A stretch of 64,000 nt of DNA from Balanoglossus misakiensis (taxonomy: Eukaryota > Animalia > Hemichordata), in assembly GCA_040954595.2 (NCBI GenBank), contig CM082583.2, positions 2,737,060 to 2,801,059 on the forward strand, read 5' to 3'. The notes beneath the pieces were generated by a model. The model was not told the DNA's origin and did not search any database. It saw nothing but the letters and a program-made list of their open reading frames with translations. How positions within the stretch are numbered: position 1 is the stretch's first letter; every line of letters starts with the position of its first letter. Positions 48,701 to 63,700 of this stretch are shown here, one piece after another. Position numbers and translations under genes: made by a program.

Positions 48701-51700
48701 TTGATATCCATGAAAAGAATTTGTATGCTATCAATTTTTAGACTAGAAAAAGGAATTTCAATTTTTCACTGCTTTTTACAAAATCCAATATGGCCGCCAT
48801 AATCTTCGACCAATCACAATGCTCTTTGCAAACTTGATAGACATCAGTGTAGTGACCATACTCCCCAAATCTTGCGACTCAGTCATCGCCCGTTCTGGAG
48901 AAGAAGATTTTTGGAGTTTAACTATGGTTTTTCTAAAATCCAATATGGCCGCCATAATCTTCGACCAATCACAATGATCTTCGCAAACTTGATAGACATC
49001 AGTTAGGTGACCACATACCCCAAACCCCGTGTCTCGGTTATCACTGGTTCTGGAGAAGAAGATTTTTGAAATTTAAGCCAGATTTCAGAAAAAAAATTGT
49101 AGCAAAAAAACTGCAACATTCACAGCAAAATTTCCAATTACAAAAATGATGGGTAGAAGGTAGTCTACCTGCATGCCAAATTTGAAGTCGATCTGACTTG
49201 TAGTTTCTGAGATCTGAGATTTGAATTTTTTCAGAAAATCCAATATGGCCGCCAGGTCACGTGACTAATTAATTATTCACAAGTCACTGCACATCTACTC
49301 ATTGACCTTGACCACTGTAGCAAGTTTGAGAAGTGTACCTGCAGTAGTTTCAGAGATCTCGTTGGCCGAAGAAATTGACACAAGAAAAACTAAAGAAAGA
49401 TTAAAGCTGCAAGCAGCATTGTCCGGGCCCAAGCTCTATTATCTGATCTGATATTAGATATGCACATAATTAATGAGTAGAAACATAATGCTGTTTTATC
49501 CCATGAAATATCAAGGTTATATCTATGTTTGGTGCTGTTAAAGTGTTAAGTAGGTCAAAGGTCACCCAGAGGTCACCCAACATTTGGGCAGAAAATGTTG
49601 ACCCATAGTGGTCCATGTCCAACAAAAACCAGACCTCTAGCCCTTTTGGTTAGCCTAGAATTAGGTATGCACATAATTAATGAGTTAAGCAGGTGTCACA
49701 GGTGACCCAAAACTTTGGCTTTTCATTATGGCCCCATACCTCCAAACGCCAAGGCTGTATCTGCTGTGGATGTCGAGATATGCAAAAGTAGGTCAAAGGT
49801 CACCCGAGGTCACCCAACATTTGGGCAAAATATTTTGACCCCATACTCGTCCATGTCCAAAAAACCCAAACCTCTATGTCTATTGGTTCATCTGTAATAA
49901 GGTATGTGCATATTTAATGAGGTCAGGAGAGGTCAAAGGGGTCATGAAAAGTAGCAAAATTTTTGAATCACATACAAATCCACATACATCAAAAACCAAA
50001 CTTATAGCCCTATTGGTTAGCCTGGAATTAGATATGCAGAAAAATCATGCGTCAAAAGTAGGTCAAAGGTCATTGCCAAAATTACCAAAATATTGATAGC
50101 TTATTCTTGGCATATGATGATTCATATCCGTAAAAAGAATTTCTGTGCTATCAATTTTTAGGCTAGAAAGGGAATTTTTACTTTTTAATCGTTTTTCACA
50201 AAATCCAATATGGCCGCCATAATCTTCGACCAATCACATTCCTCTTCGCAAACTTGATAGACATCTGTTTAATGACCACACACACCAAATCTTGTGACTC
50301 AGTTATCACCGGTTCTTGAGAAGAAGATTTTTGAAATTTTACTAGGGTTTTTCGAAAATCCAATATGGCCGCCATAATCTTCGACCAATCACAATGATCT
50401 TCGCAAACTTGATAGACCTCAGCTTGGTGACCAAATACCCCAAACCGCGTGACTCGGTTATCGCTGGTTCTGGAGAAGAAGATTTTTGAAATTTTGACCA
50501 GATTTCAGAAAAACAACTGTAGCAAAAAAACTGCAACATTGACAGCAAAATATCCAATTACAAAAATGATGGGCAAAAGGTACACTACCAGCACACCAAA
50601 TCTGAAGTAAATCTGACTTGTAGTTTCTGAGATCTGAGATTTGCATTTTTTTCAGAAAATCCAATATGGCCGCCATGTCACGTGACTAATTAAAAATTCA
50701 AGAGTTCAATGCACGACTACCCATTGACCTTGACCACTGTAGCAAGTTTGAGAAGTCTACCTGCAGCGGTGTCTGAGATCTAGAGCGACAAAGAAATGAC
50801 AGAAGAATAAAGAAAGAAAGAAAGAATTAAAGCTGCGAGCAGCATTGTCGGGCCCAAGCGCTGATCTTGAATTATATATGCACAGTATGAATGAGAAGAA
50901 ACAGAATTTAATATCGGATGTAATATCTCATGACATAACAGGGATGTGTGTATTTTTGCTGCTGAAATAGGGTGAAGTAGGTCAAAGGTCACCTGAGGTA
51001 ACCCAACATTTGGGCAATTTTTTTTACCCATACTGGTCCATGTCCAACAAAAACCAAAACTCTAGCTCTATTGGTTCGCCTGTAATTAGGTATGTGCATA
51101 TTAAATGAGGTCAGCAGGTGTCACAGGTGACCCAAAAATTTGGCTTTACATTTAGCTCCCATCCTGCCAAATGCCAAGGCTGTATCTGCTCTGGATGCTG
51201 AGATATGCGAAAGTAGGTCAAAGGTCACCAGAGGTCACCCAACATTTGGGCAAAAAATTTTGACCCCATACTGGTCCATGTTCAACAAAAACCAAACCTC
51301 TAGCTCTATTGGTTCGCCTGTAATTAGCTATGCACATAATTAATGAGGTCAGTAGAGGTCAAAGGGGTCATGAAAAGTAGCAAATTTTTTTGATCACACA
51401 CTAATCCACATTCATCAAAAACCAAACGTCTAGCCCTTGAGGTTAGCCTGGAATTAGATATTCAGAAATAATAACGCGTGATAAGTAGGTCAAAGGTCAT
51501 GTGAAAAATCGCCAAAAAAATGTAACATATTTTAGTCACATGACGATTGATATCCATGAAAAGAATTTGTATGCTATCAATTTTTAGACTAGAAAAAGGA
51601 ATTTCAATTTTTCACTGCTTTTTACAAAATCCAATATGGCCGCCATAATCTTCGACCAATCACAATGCTCTTTGCAAACTTGATAGACATCAGTGTAGTG

Positions 51701-54700
51701 ACCATACTCCCCGAATCTTGCGACTCAGTCATCGTCCGTTCTGGAGAAGAAGATTTTTGGAGTTTAACTATGATTTTTCGAAAATCCAATATGGCCGCCA
51801 TAATCTTCGACCAATCACAATGATCTTCGCAAACTTGATAGACATCAGTTAGGTGACCACATACCCCAAACCCCGTGTCTCGGTTATTACCGGTTCTGGA
51901 GAAGAAGATTTTTGAAATTTAAGCCAGATTTCAGAAAAAAAATTGTAGCAAAAAAACTGCAACATTGACAGCAAAATTTCCAATTACAAAAATGATGGGT
52001 AGAAGGTAGTCTACCTGCATGCCAAATTTGAAGTCGATCTGACTTGTAGTTTCTGAGATCTGAGATTTGAATTTTTTCAGAAAATCCAATATGGCCGCCA
52101 GGTCACGTGACTAATTAATTATTCACAAGTCACTGCACATCTACTCATTGACCTTGACAACTGTAGCAAGTTTGAGCAGTGTACCTGCAGTAGTTTCAGA
52201 GATTTAGTTGGCCGAAGAATTGACACAAGAAAAAAGAAAGAAAGAAAGAAAGAAAGAATTAAAGCTGCAAGCAGCATTGTCGGGCCCAAGCGCTGATCTT
52301 GAATTATATATGCACAGTGTGAATGAGAAGAAACAGAATTTTCTATCGGATGTATTATCTCATGACATAACAAGGATGTGTGTATTTTTGCTGCTGAAAT
52401 AGGGTGAAGTAGGTCAAAGGTCACCTGAGGTCACCCAACATTTGGGTAATTTTTTTTTACCCATACTGGTCCATGTCCAACAAAAACCAAAACTCTAGCT
52501 GTATTGGTTCGCGTGTAATTAGGTATGTGCATATTTAATGAGGTCAGCAGGTGTCACAGGTGACCCAAAAATGTGGCTTTACATTTTGGTCCCATCCTAC
52601 CAAATGCCATGGCTGTATCTGCTCTGGATGCTGAGATATGCGAAAGTAGGTCAAAGGTCACCAGAGGTCACGCAACATTTGGGCAAAAAATTTTGATTCC
52701 ATTCTGGTCCATGTCCAACAAAAACCAAACCTCTAGCTCTATTGGTTCGCCTGTAATTAGCTATGCACATAATTAATGAGGTCAGCAGAGGTCAAAGGGG
52801 TCATGAAAAGTAGCAAAATATTTTGATCACACACTAATCCACATTCATCAAAAACCAAACGTCTAGCCCTACAGGTTAGCCTGGAATTAGATATGCAGAA
52901 ATAATAACGCGTGATAAGTAGGTCAAAGGTCATGTGAAAAATCGCCAAAAAATTGTAACACATTTTAGTCACATGACGATTGATATCCATAAAAAGAATT
53001 TGTATGCTATCAATTTTTAGACTAGAAAAAGGAATTTCAATTTTTCACTGCTTTTTACAAAATCCAATATGGCCGCCATAATCTTCGACCAATCACAATG
53101 CTCTTTGCAAACTTGATAGACATCAGTGTAGTGACCATACTCCTCGAATCTTGCGACTCAGTCATCGCCCGTTCTGGAGAAGAAGATTTTTGCAGTTTAA
53201 CTATGGTTTTTCGAAAATCCAATATGGCCGCCATAATCTTCGACCAATCACAATGATCTTCGCAAACTTGATAGACATCAGTTAGGTGACCACATACCCC
53301 AAACCCCGTGTCTCGGTTATCACCGGTTATGGAGAAGAAGATTTTTGAAATTTAAGCCAGATTTCAGAAAAAAAATTGTAGCCAAAAAACTGCAACATTG
53401 ACAGCAAAATAGCCAATTACAAAAATGATGGGTAGAAGGTAGTCTACCTGCATGCCAAATTTGAAGTCGATCTGACTTGTAGTTTCTGAGATCTGAGATT
53501 TGCATTTTTTCAGAAAATCCAATATGGCCGCCAGGTCACGTGACTAATTAAGTATTCACAAGTCACTGCACATCTACTCATAGACCTTGACCACTGTAGC
53601 AAGTTTGAGCAGTGTACCTGCAGTAGTTTCTGAGATTTAGTTGGCCGAAGAATTGACACAAGAAAAAAGAAAGAAAGAAAGAAAGAAAGAATTAAAGCTG
53701 CGAGCAGCATTGTCGGGCCCAAGCGCTGATCTTGAATTATATATGCACAGTATGAATGAGAAGAAACAGAATTTTCTATCGGATGTATTATCTCATGACA
53801 TAACAAGGACGTGTGTATTTTTGCTGCTTAAATAGGGTGAAGTAGGTCAAAGGTCACCTGAGGTCACCCAACATTTGGGCAATTTTTTTGACCCATACTG
53901 GTCCATGTCCAACAAAAACCAAAACTCTAGCTCTATTGGTTCGCCTGTAATTAGGTATGTGCATATTTAATGAGGTCAGCAGGTGTCACAGGTGACCCAA
54001 AAATGTGGCTTTACATTATGGTCCCATCCTACCAAATGCCATGGCTGTATCTGCTCTGGATGCTGAGATATGCGAAAGTAGGTCAAAGGTCACCAGAGGT
54101 CACCCAACATTTGGGCAAAAAATTTTGATCCCATACTGGTCTATGTCCAACAAAAACCAAACCTCTAGCTCTATTGGTTCGCCTGTAATTAGCTATGCAC
54201 ATAATTAATGAGGTCAGCAGAGGTCAAAGGGGTCATGAAAAGAAGCAAAATATTTTGATCACACACTAATCCACATTCATCAAAAACCAAACGTCTAGCC
54301 CTATAGGTTAGCCTGGAATTAGATATGCAGAAATAATAACGCGTGATAAGTAGGTCAAAGGTCATGTGAAAAATCGCCAAAAAATTGTAACATATTTTAG
54401 TCACATGACGATTGATATCCATAAAAAGAATTTGTATGCTATCAATTTTTAGACTAGAAAAAGGAATTTCAATTTTTCACTGCTTTTTACAAAATCCAAT
54501 ATGGCCGCCATAATCTTCGACCAATCACAATGCTCTTTGCAAACTTGATAGACATCAGTGTAGTGACCATACTCCTCGAATCTTGCGACTCAGTCATTGC
54601 CCGTTCTGGAGAAGAACATTTTTGCAGTTTAACTATGGTTTTTCGAAAATCCAATATGGCCGCCATAATCTTCGACCAATCACAATGATCTTCGCAAACT

Positions 54701-57700
54701 TGATAGACATCAGTTAGGTGACCACATACCCCAAACCCCGTGTCTCGGTTATCACCGGTTCTGGAGAAGAAGATTTTTGAAATTTAAGCCAGATTTCAGA
54801 AAAAAAATTGTAGCAAAAAACTGCAACACTGTAGCAAAATTTCCAATTACAAAAATGATGGGTAGAAGGTAGTCTACCTGCATGCCAAATTTGAAGTCGA
54901 TCTGACTTGTAGTTTCTGAGATCTGAGATTTGAATTTTTTCAGAAAATCCAATATGGCCGCCAGGTCACGTGACTAATTAAGTATTCACAAGTCACTGCA
55001 CATCTACTCATTGACCTTGACCACTGTAGCAAGTTTGAGAAGTGTACCTGCAGTAGTTTCAGAGATCTCGTTGGCCGAAGAATTGACACAAGAATAAAGA
55101 AAGAAAGAAAGAAAGAAAGAAAAATTCCAACGAAACCAATAGGGCCCAAGCGCTTGCTTGCGCTTGGGCCCTAAAAACCCCAACGAAACCAATAGGGCCC
55201 AAGCGCAAGCAAGCGCTTGGGCCCTAAAAACCCCAACGAAACCAATAGGGCCCAAGCGCTTGCTTGCGCTTGGGCCCTAAAAAACCCCAACGAAACCAAT
55301 AGGGCCCAAGCGCTTGCGTGCGCTTGGGCCCTAATTAAAGCTGCAAGCAGCATTGTCGGGCCCAAGCGCTGATCTCGAATTATATATGCACAGTATGAAT
55401 GAGAAGAAATAGAATTTTCTATCGGGTGTATTATCTCATGACATAACAAGGACGTATGTATTTTTGCTGCTGAAATAGGGTGAAGTAGGTCAAAGGTCAC
55501 CTGAGGTCACCCAACATTTGGGCAATTTTTTTTTTACCCATACTGGTCCATGTCCAACAAAAAACAAAACTCTAGCTCTATTGGTTCGCCTGTAATTAGG
55601 TATGTGCATATTTAATGAGGTCAGCAGGTGTAACAGGTGACCAAAAAATGTGGCTTTACATTTTGGTCCCATCCTGCCAAATGCCATGGCTGTATCTGCT
55701 CTGGATGCTGAGATATGCGAAAGTAGGTCAAAGGTCACCAGAGGTCACCCAAAATTTGGGCAAAAATTTTGATCCCATACTGGTCCATGTCCAACAAAAA
55801 TCAAACCTCTAGCTCTATTGGTTCGCCTGAAATTAGCTATGCACATAATTAATGAGGTCAGCAGAGGTCAAAGGGGTCATGAAAAGTAGCACAATATTTT
55901 GATCACACACTAATCCACATTCATCAAAAACCAAACCTCTAGCCCTATAGGTTAGCCTGGAATTAGATATGCAGAAATAATAACGCATGATAAGTAGGTC
56001 AAAGGTCATGTGAAAAATCGCCAAAAAATTGTAGCATATTTTAGTCACATGACGACTGATATCCATAAAAAGAATTTGTATGCTATCAATTTTTAGACTA
56101 GAAAAAGGAATTTCAATTTTTCACTGCTTTTTACAAAATCCAATATGGCCGCCATAATCTTCGACCAATCACAATGCTCTTTGCAAACTTGATAGACATC
56201 AGTGTAGTGACCATACTCCCCGAATCTTGCGACTCAGTCATCGGTCGTTCTGGAGAAGAAGATTTTTGCAGTTTTACTATGGTTTTTCGAAAATCCAATA
56301 TGGCCGCCATAATCTTCGACCAATCACACCGATCTTCGCAAACTTGATAGACATCAGTTAGGTGACCACATACCCCAAACCCCGTGTCTCGGTTATCACT
56401 GGTTCTGGAGAAGAAGATTTTTGAAATTTAAGCCAGATTTGAGAAAAACAACTGTAGCAAAAAAACTGCAACATTGACAGCAAAATTTCCAATTACACAA
56501 ATGATGGGTAGAAGGTAGTCTACCTGCATGCCAAATTTGAAGTCGATCTGACTTGTAGTTTCTGAGATCTGAGATTTGATTTTTTTCAGAAATTCCAATA
56601 TGGCCGCCAGGTCACGTGACTAATTAAGTATTCACAAGTCACTGCACATCTACTCATTGACCTTGACCACTGTAGCAAGTTTGAGAAGTGTACCTGCAGC
56701 GGTGTCTGAGATCTCGTTGCCCAAAGAATTGACACAAGAATAAAGAAAGAAAGAAAGAAAGAATTAAAGCTGCGAGCAGCATTGTCGGGCCCAAGCGCTG
56801 ATCTTGAATTATATATGCACAGTATGAATGAGAAGAAACAGAATTTTCTATCGGATGTATTATCGCATGACATAACAAGGATGTGTGTATTATTGCTGCT
56901 GAAATAGGGTGAAGTAGGTCAAAGGTCACCTGAGGTCACCCAACATTTGGGCAATTTTTTTTTACCCATACTGGTCCATGTCCAACAAAAACCAAAACTC
57001 TAGCTCTATTGGTTCGCCTGTAATTAGGTATGTGCATATTGAATGAGGTCAGCAGGTGTCACAGGTGACCCAAAAATTTGGCTTTACATTTTGGTCCCAT
57101 CCTGCCAAATGCCAAGGCTGTATCTGCTCAGGATGCCACGATCTCCGAAAGTAGGTAAAAGGTCACCTGAGGTCACCAAACATTTGGGCAAAATCTTTTG
57201 ACCCATACTGGTCCATGTCAAACAAAAACTAAAACTCTAGCTCTATTGGTTCGCCTGTAATTAGGTATGTGCATATTTAATGAGGTCAGCAGGTGTCACA
57301 GGTGACCCAAAAATGTGGCTGTACATTTTGGCCCCATCCTGCCAAATGCCAAGGCTGTATCTGCTCTGGATGCTGAGATATGCGAAAGTGGGTCAAAGGT
57401 CACCTGAGGTCACCAAACATTTGGGCAAAAATGTTTGACCCATACTGGTCCTTGTCAAACAAAAACTAAAACTCTAGCTCTATTGGTTCGCCTGTAATTA
57501 GGCATGTGCATAGTTAATGAGGTCAGCAGGTGTCACAGGTGACCCAAAAATGTGGCTGTACATTTTGGCCCCATCCTGCCAAATGCCAAGGCTGTATCTG
57601 CTCTGGATGATGAGATATGCGAAAGTGGGTCAAAGGTCACCTGAGATCACCAAACATTTGGGCAAAATTTTTTGACCCATACTGGTCCATGTCAAACAAA

Positions 57701-60700
57701 AACTAAAACTCTAGCTCTATTGGTTCGCCTGTAATTAGGTATGTGCATATTTAATGAGGTCAGCAGGTGTCACAGGTGACCCAAAAATGTGGCTGTACAT
57801 TTTGGCCCCATCCTGCCAAATGCCAAGGCTGCATCTGCTCTGGATGCTGAGATATGCGAAAGTGGGTCAAAGGTCACCTGAGGTCACCAAACATTTGGGC
57901 AAAATTTTTTGACCCATACTGGTCCATGTCAAACAAAAACTAAAACTCTAGCTCTATTGGTTCGCCTGTAATTAGGTATGTGCATATTTAATGAGGTCAG
58001 CAGGTGTCACAGGTGACCCAAAAATGTGGCTGTACATTTTGGCCCCATCCTGCCAAATGCCAAGGCTGTATCTGCTCTGGATGCTGAGATATGCGAAAGT
58101 AGGTCAAAGGTGACCAGAGGTCACCCAATATTTGGGCAAAAAATTTTGTTCCCATAGTGGTCCATGTCCAACAAAAACCAAACCTCTAGCTCTATTGGTT
58201 CGCCTGTAATTAGCTATGTGCATAATTAATGAGGTCAGCAGAGGTCAAAGGGGTCATGAAAAGTAGCAAAATATTTTGATCACACACTAATCCACATGCA
58301 TCAAAAACCAAACGTCTAGCCCTATAGGTTAGCCTGGAAATAGATATGCAGAAATAATAACGTGTGAAAAGTAGGTCAAAGGTCATGTGAAAAATCGTCA
58401 AAAAATTGTAACATAATTTAGTCACATGACGATTGATATCCATAAAAAGAGTTTGTATGCTATCAATTTTTACACTAGGAAAAGGAATTTCAATTTTTCA
58501 CTGCTTTTTACATAATCCAATATGGCCGCCATAATCTTCGACCAATCACAATGCTCTTTGCAAACTTGATAGACATCAGTGAAGTGACCAAACTCCCCGA
58601 ATCTTGCGACTCAGTTATCGCCCGTTCTGGAGAAGAAGATTTTTTGAGTTTTACTCTGGTTTTTCGAAAATCCAATATGGCCGCCATAATCTTCGACCAA
58701 TCACAATGATCTTCGCAAACTTGATAGACATCAGTTAGGTGACCACATACCCCAAACGGCGTGACTCGGTTATCGCCGGTTCTGGAGAAGAAGATTTTTG
58801 AAATTTTGACCAGATTTCAGAAAAACAACTGTAGCAAAAAAACTGCAACATTGACAGCAAAATATCCAATTACAAAAATGATGGGCAGAGGGTATACTAC
58901 CAGCACACCAAATCTGAAGTCGATCTGACTAGTAGTTTCTGAGATCTGAGATTTGCATTTTTTCAGAAAATCCAATATGGCCGCCATGTCACGTGACTAA
59001 TTAAGTATTCACAAGTCACTGCACATCTACTCATTGACCTTGACCACTGTAGCAAGTTTGAGAACTGTACCTGCAGCGGTGTCTGAGATCTAGCGCGCGA
59101 AAGAAATGAACCAAGAATAAAGAAAGAAAGAAAGAAAGAAAGAAAGAAAAACCCCAACGAAACCAATACGGGCCCAAGCCTGGCTTGGCTTGGGCCCGTA
59201 ATTAAAGCTGCAAGCAGCATTGTCGGGCCCAAGCGCTGATCCGGTATTATATATGCACAGTATGAATGAGAAGAAACAGAATGCTCTATCAGGTGTTTTA
59301 TATCATGACATAACAAGGACGTATGTATTTTTCCTGCTGAAATAGTGTAAAGTAGGTCAAAGGTCACCTGAGGTCACCCAACATTTGGGCAAAATTTATT
59401 GACCCATACTGTTCCATGTCCGACAAGAACTAAAACTCTAGTTCTATTGGTTCGTCTGTAATTAGGTATGTGCATATTTAATGAGGTCAGCAGGTGTCAC
59501 AGGTGACTCAAAAATGTGGCTTTACATTTTGGTCCCATCCTGCCAAATGCCAAGGCTGTATCTGCCCTGGATTCTGAGATATGCGAAAGTAGGTCAAAGG
59601 TCACCAGAGGTCACCCAATATTTGGGCAACAAATTTTGACCCCATATTGGTCCATGTCCAACAAAAACCAAACCTCTAGCTCTATTGGTTCGCCTGTAAT
59701 TAGCTATGCACATAATTAATGAGGTCAGCAGAGGTCAAAGGGGTCATGAAAAGTAGCAAAATATTTTGATCACACACTAATCCACATTCATCAAAAACCA
59801 AACGTCTAGCCTTATAGATTAGCCTGGAATTAGATATGCAGAAATAATAACGCGTGATAAGTAGGTCAAAGGTCATGTGAAAAATCGCCAAAAAATTCTA
59901 ACATATTTTAGTCACATGACGATTGATATCCATAAAAAGAATTTGTATGCTATGAATTTTTAGACTAGAAAAAGGAATTTCAATTTGTCACTGCTTTTTA
60001 CAAAATCCAATATGGCCGCCATAATCTTCGACCAATCACAATGCTCTTTGCAAACTTGATAGACATCAGTGTAGTGACCATACTCCCCAAATCTTGCAAC
60101 TCAGTCATCGCCCGTTCTGGAGAAGAAGATTTTTGGAGTTTAACTATGGTTTTTCAAAAATCCAATATGGCCGCCATAATCTCCGACCAATCACAATGAT
60201 CTTCGCAAACTTGATAGACATCAGTTAGGTGACCACATACACCAAACCCTGTGTCTCGGTTATTGCCGGTTCTGGAGAAGAAGATTTTTGAAATTTAAGC
60301 CAGATTTCAGAAAAAAAATTGTAGCAAAAAACTGCAACTTTGTCAGCATAATTTCCAATTACAAAAATGATGGGCAGAAGGTAGTCTACCAGCATGCCAA
60401 ATTTGAAGTCGATCTGACTTGTAGTTTCTGAGATCTGAGATTTGCATTTTTTTAGAAAATCCAAGATGGCTGCCAGGTCACGTGACTAATTAAAAATTCA
60501 AGGGTTCAATGCACGACTACTCATTGACCTTGACCACTGTAGCAAGTTTCAGAAGTGTACCTGCAGCGGTGTCTGAGATCTCGTGGGTCAAAGAATTGAC
60601 ACAAGAATAAAGAAAGAAAGAAAGAAAGAAAGTAAAATTCCAACGAAACCAATACGGGCCCAAGCCTGGCTTGGCTTGGGCCCGTAATTAAAGCTGCAAG

Positions 60701-63700
60701 CAGCATTGTCGGGCCCAAGCGCTGATCTTGAATTATATATGCACAGTATGAATGAGAAAAAACAGAATTTTCTATCGTATGTATTATCTGATGACATAAC
60801 AAGGATGTGTGTATTTTTGCTGCTGAAATAGGGTGAAGTAGGTCAAAGGTCACCAGAGGTCACGCAACATTTGGGCAAAAAATTTTGATCCCACACTGGT
60901 CCATGTCCAACAAAAAACAAAAGTCTAGCTCTATTGGTTCGCCTGTAATTAGGTATGTGCATATTTAATGAGGTCAGCAGGTGTCACAGGTGACTCAAAA
61001 ATGTGGCTTTACATTTTGGTCCCATCCTACCAAATGCCATGGCTGTATCTGCTCTGGATGCTGAGATATGCGAAAGTAGGTCAAAGGTCACCAGAGGTCA
61101 CGCAACATTTGGGCAAAAAAGTTTGATCTCATACTGGTCTGTGTCCAACAAAAACCAAACCTCTAGCTCTATTGGTTCGCCTGTAATTAGCTATGCACAT
61201 AATTAATGAGGTCAGCAGAGGTCAAAGGGGTCATGAAAAGTAGCAAAATATTTTGATCACACACTAATCCACATTCATCAAAAACCAAACGTCTAGCCCT
61301 ACAGGTTAGCCTGGAATTAGATATGCAGAAATACTAACGCGTGATAAGTAGGTCAAAGGTCATGTGAAAAATCGCCGAAAAATTGTAACATATTTTAGTC
61401 ACATGACGATTGATATCCATGAAAAGAATTTGTATGCTATCAATTTTTAGACTAGAAAAAGGAATTTCAATTTTTCACTGCTTTTTACAAAATCCAATAT
61501 GGCCGCCATAATCTTCGACCAATCACAATGCTCTTTGCAAACTTGATAGACATCAGTGTCGTGACCATACTCCCCAAATCTTGCGACTCAGTCATCGCCC
61601 GTTCTGGAGAAGAAGATTTTTGGAGTTTAACTATGGTTTTTCTAAAATCCAATATGGCCGCCATAATCTTCGACCAATCACAATGATCTTCGCAAACTTG
61701 ATAGACATCAGTTAGGTGACCACATACCCCAAACCCCGTGTCTCGGTTATCACTGGTTCTGGAGAAGAAGATTTTTGAAATTTAAGCCAGATTTCAGAAA
61801 AAAAATTGTAGCAAAAAAACTGCAACATTCACAGCAAAATTTCCAATTACAAAAATGATGGGTAGAAGGTAGTCTACCTGCATGCCAAATTTGAAGTCGA
61901 TCTGACTTGTAGTTTCTGAGATCTGAGATTTGAATTTTTTCAGAAAATCCAATATGGCCGCCAGGTCACGTGACTAATTAATTATTCACAAGTCACTGCA
62001 CATCTACTCATTGACCTTGACCACTGTAGCAAGTTTGAGAAGTGTACCTGCAGTAGTTTCAGAGATCTCGTTGGCCGAAGAAATTGACACAAGAAAAAAG
62101 AAAGAAAGAATTAAAGCTGCAAGCAGCATTGTCCGGGCCCAAGCTCTATTATCTGATCTGATATTAGATATGCACATAATTAATGAGTAGAAACATAATG
62201 CTGTTCTATCCCATGAAATATCAAGGTTATATCTATGTTTGGTGCTGATAAAGTGTTAAGAAGGTCAAAGGTCACCCAGAGGTCACCCAACATTTGGGCA
62301 GAAAATTTTAATCCATAGTGGTCCATGTCCAACAAAAACCAGACCTCTAGCCCTTTTGGTTAGCCTATAATTAGGTATGCACATAATTAATGAGTTAAGC
62401 AGGTGTCACAGGTGACCCAAAACTTTGGCTTTTCATTATGGCCCCATACCTCCAAACGCCAAGGCTGTATCTGCTGTGGATGTCGAGATATGCAAAAGTA
62501 GGTCAAAGGTCACCCGAGGTCATCCAACATTTGGGCAAAATATTTTGACCCCATACTGATCCATGTCCAGAAAAAAACAAACCTCTAGGTCATTTGGTTC
62601 ATCTGTAATTAGGTATGCGCATATTTAATGAGGTCAGCAGAGGTCAAAGGGGTCATGAAAATTAGCAAAAATTTTTGATCACATACAAAACCACATACAT
62701 CAAAAACCAAACTTATAGCCCTATTGGTTAGCCTGGAATTAGATATGCAGAAAAATGATGCGTCAAAAGTAGGTCAAAGGTCATTGCCAAAATTACCAAA
62801 ATATTTATAGCTTATTCTTGTCATATGATGATTCATATCCATAAAAAGAATTTCTGTGCTATCAATTTTTAGGCTAGAAACAGAATTTTTACTTTTTAAT
62901 CGTTGTTCACAAAATCCAATATGGCCGCCAAAATCTTCGACCAATCACAATGATCTTCGCAAACTTGATAGACATCTGTTTAATGACCGCACACACCAAA
63001 TCTTGTGACTCGGTTATCGCCGGTTCTTGAGAAGAAGATTTTTGAAATTTTACTAGGGTTTTTCGAAAATCCAATATGGCCGCCATAATCTTCCACCAAT
63101 CACAATGATCTTCGCAAACTTGATAGACCTCAGTTTGGTGACCACATACCCCAAACCGCGTGACTCGGTTATCGCCGGTTCTGGAGAAGAAGATTTTTGA
63201 AATTTTGACCAGATTTCAGAAAAACAACTGTAGCAAAAAAACTGCAACATTGACAGCAAAATATCCAATTACAAAAATGATGGGTAGAAGGTAGACTACC
63301 TGCACACCAAGTTTGAAGTCGATCTGACTTGTAGTTTCTGAGATCTGAGATTTGCATTTTTTCAGAAAATCTAATATGGCCGCCAGGTCACGTGACTAAT
63401 TAAAAATTCAAGGGTTCAATGCACATCTACTCATTGACCTTGACCACTGTAGCAAGTTTGAGAAGTGTACCTGCAGTGGTGTCTGAGATCTAGAGCGACA
63501 AAGAATTGACACAAGAATAAAGAAAGAAGAAGAAAGAAGAAAGAAGGAAAGACAGAAAAACCCCAACGAAACCAATAGGGCCCAAGCGCTGGTATGCGCT
63601 TGGGCCCTAAAAACCCCAACGAAACCAATAGGGCCCAAGCGCTTGCGTGCGCTTGGGCCCTAAAAATTCCAACGAAACCAATAGGGCCCAAGCGCTTGCG

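Noticed and set aside
55121-55334. CRISPR-like array of ~53-bp palindromic repeats (also 36421, 42340, 63557)
   Set aside because: No unique spacers, no cas genes and a eukaryotic context. The repeats are displaced Helentron terminal hairpins.
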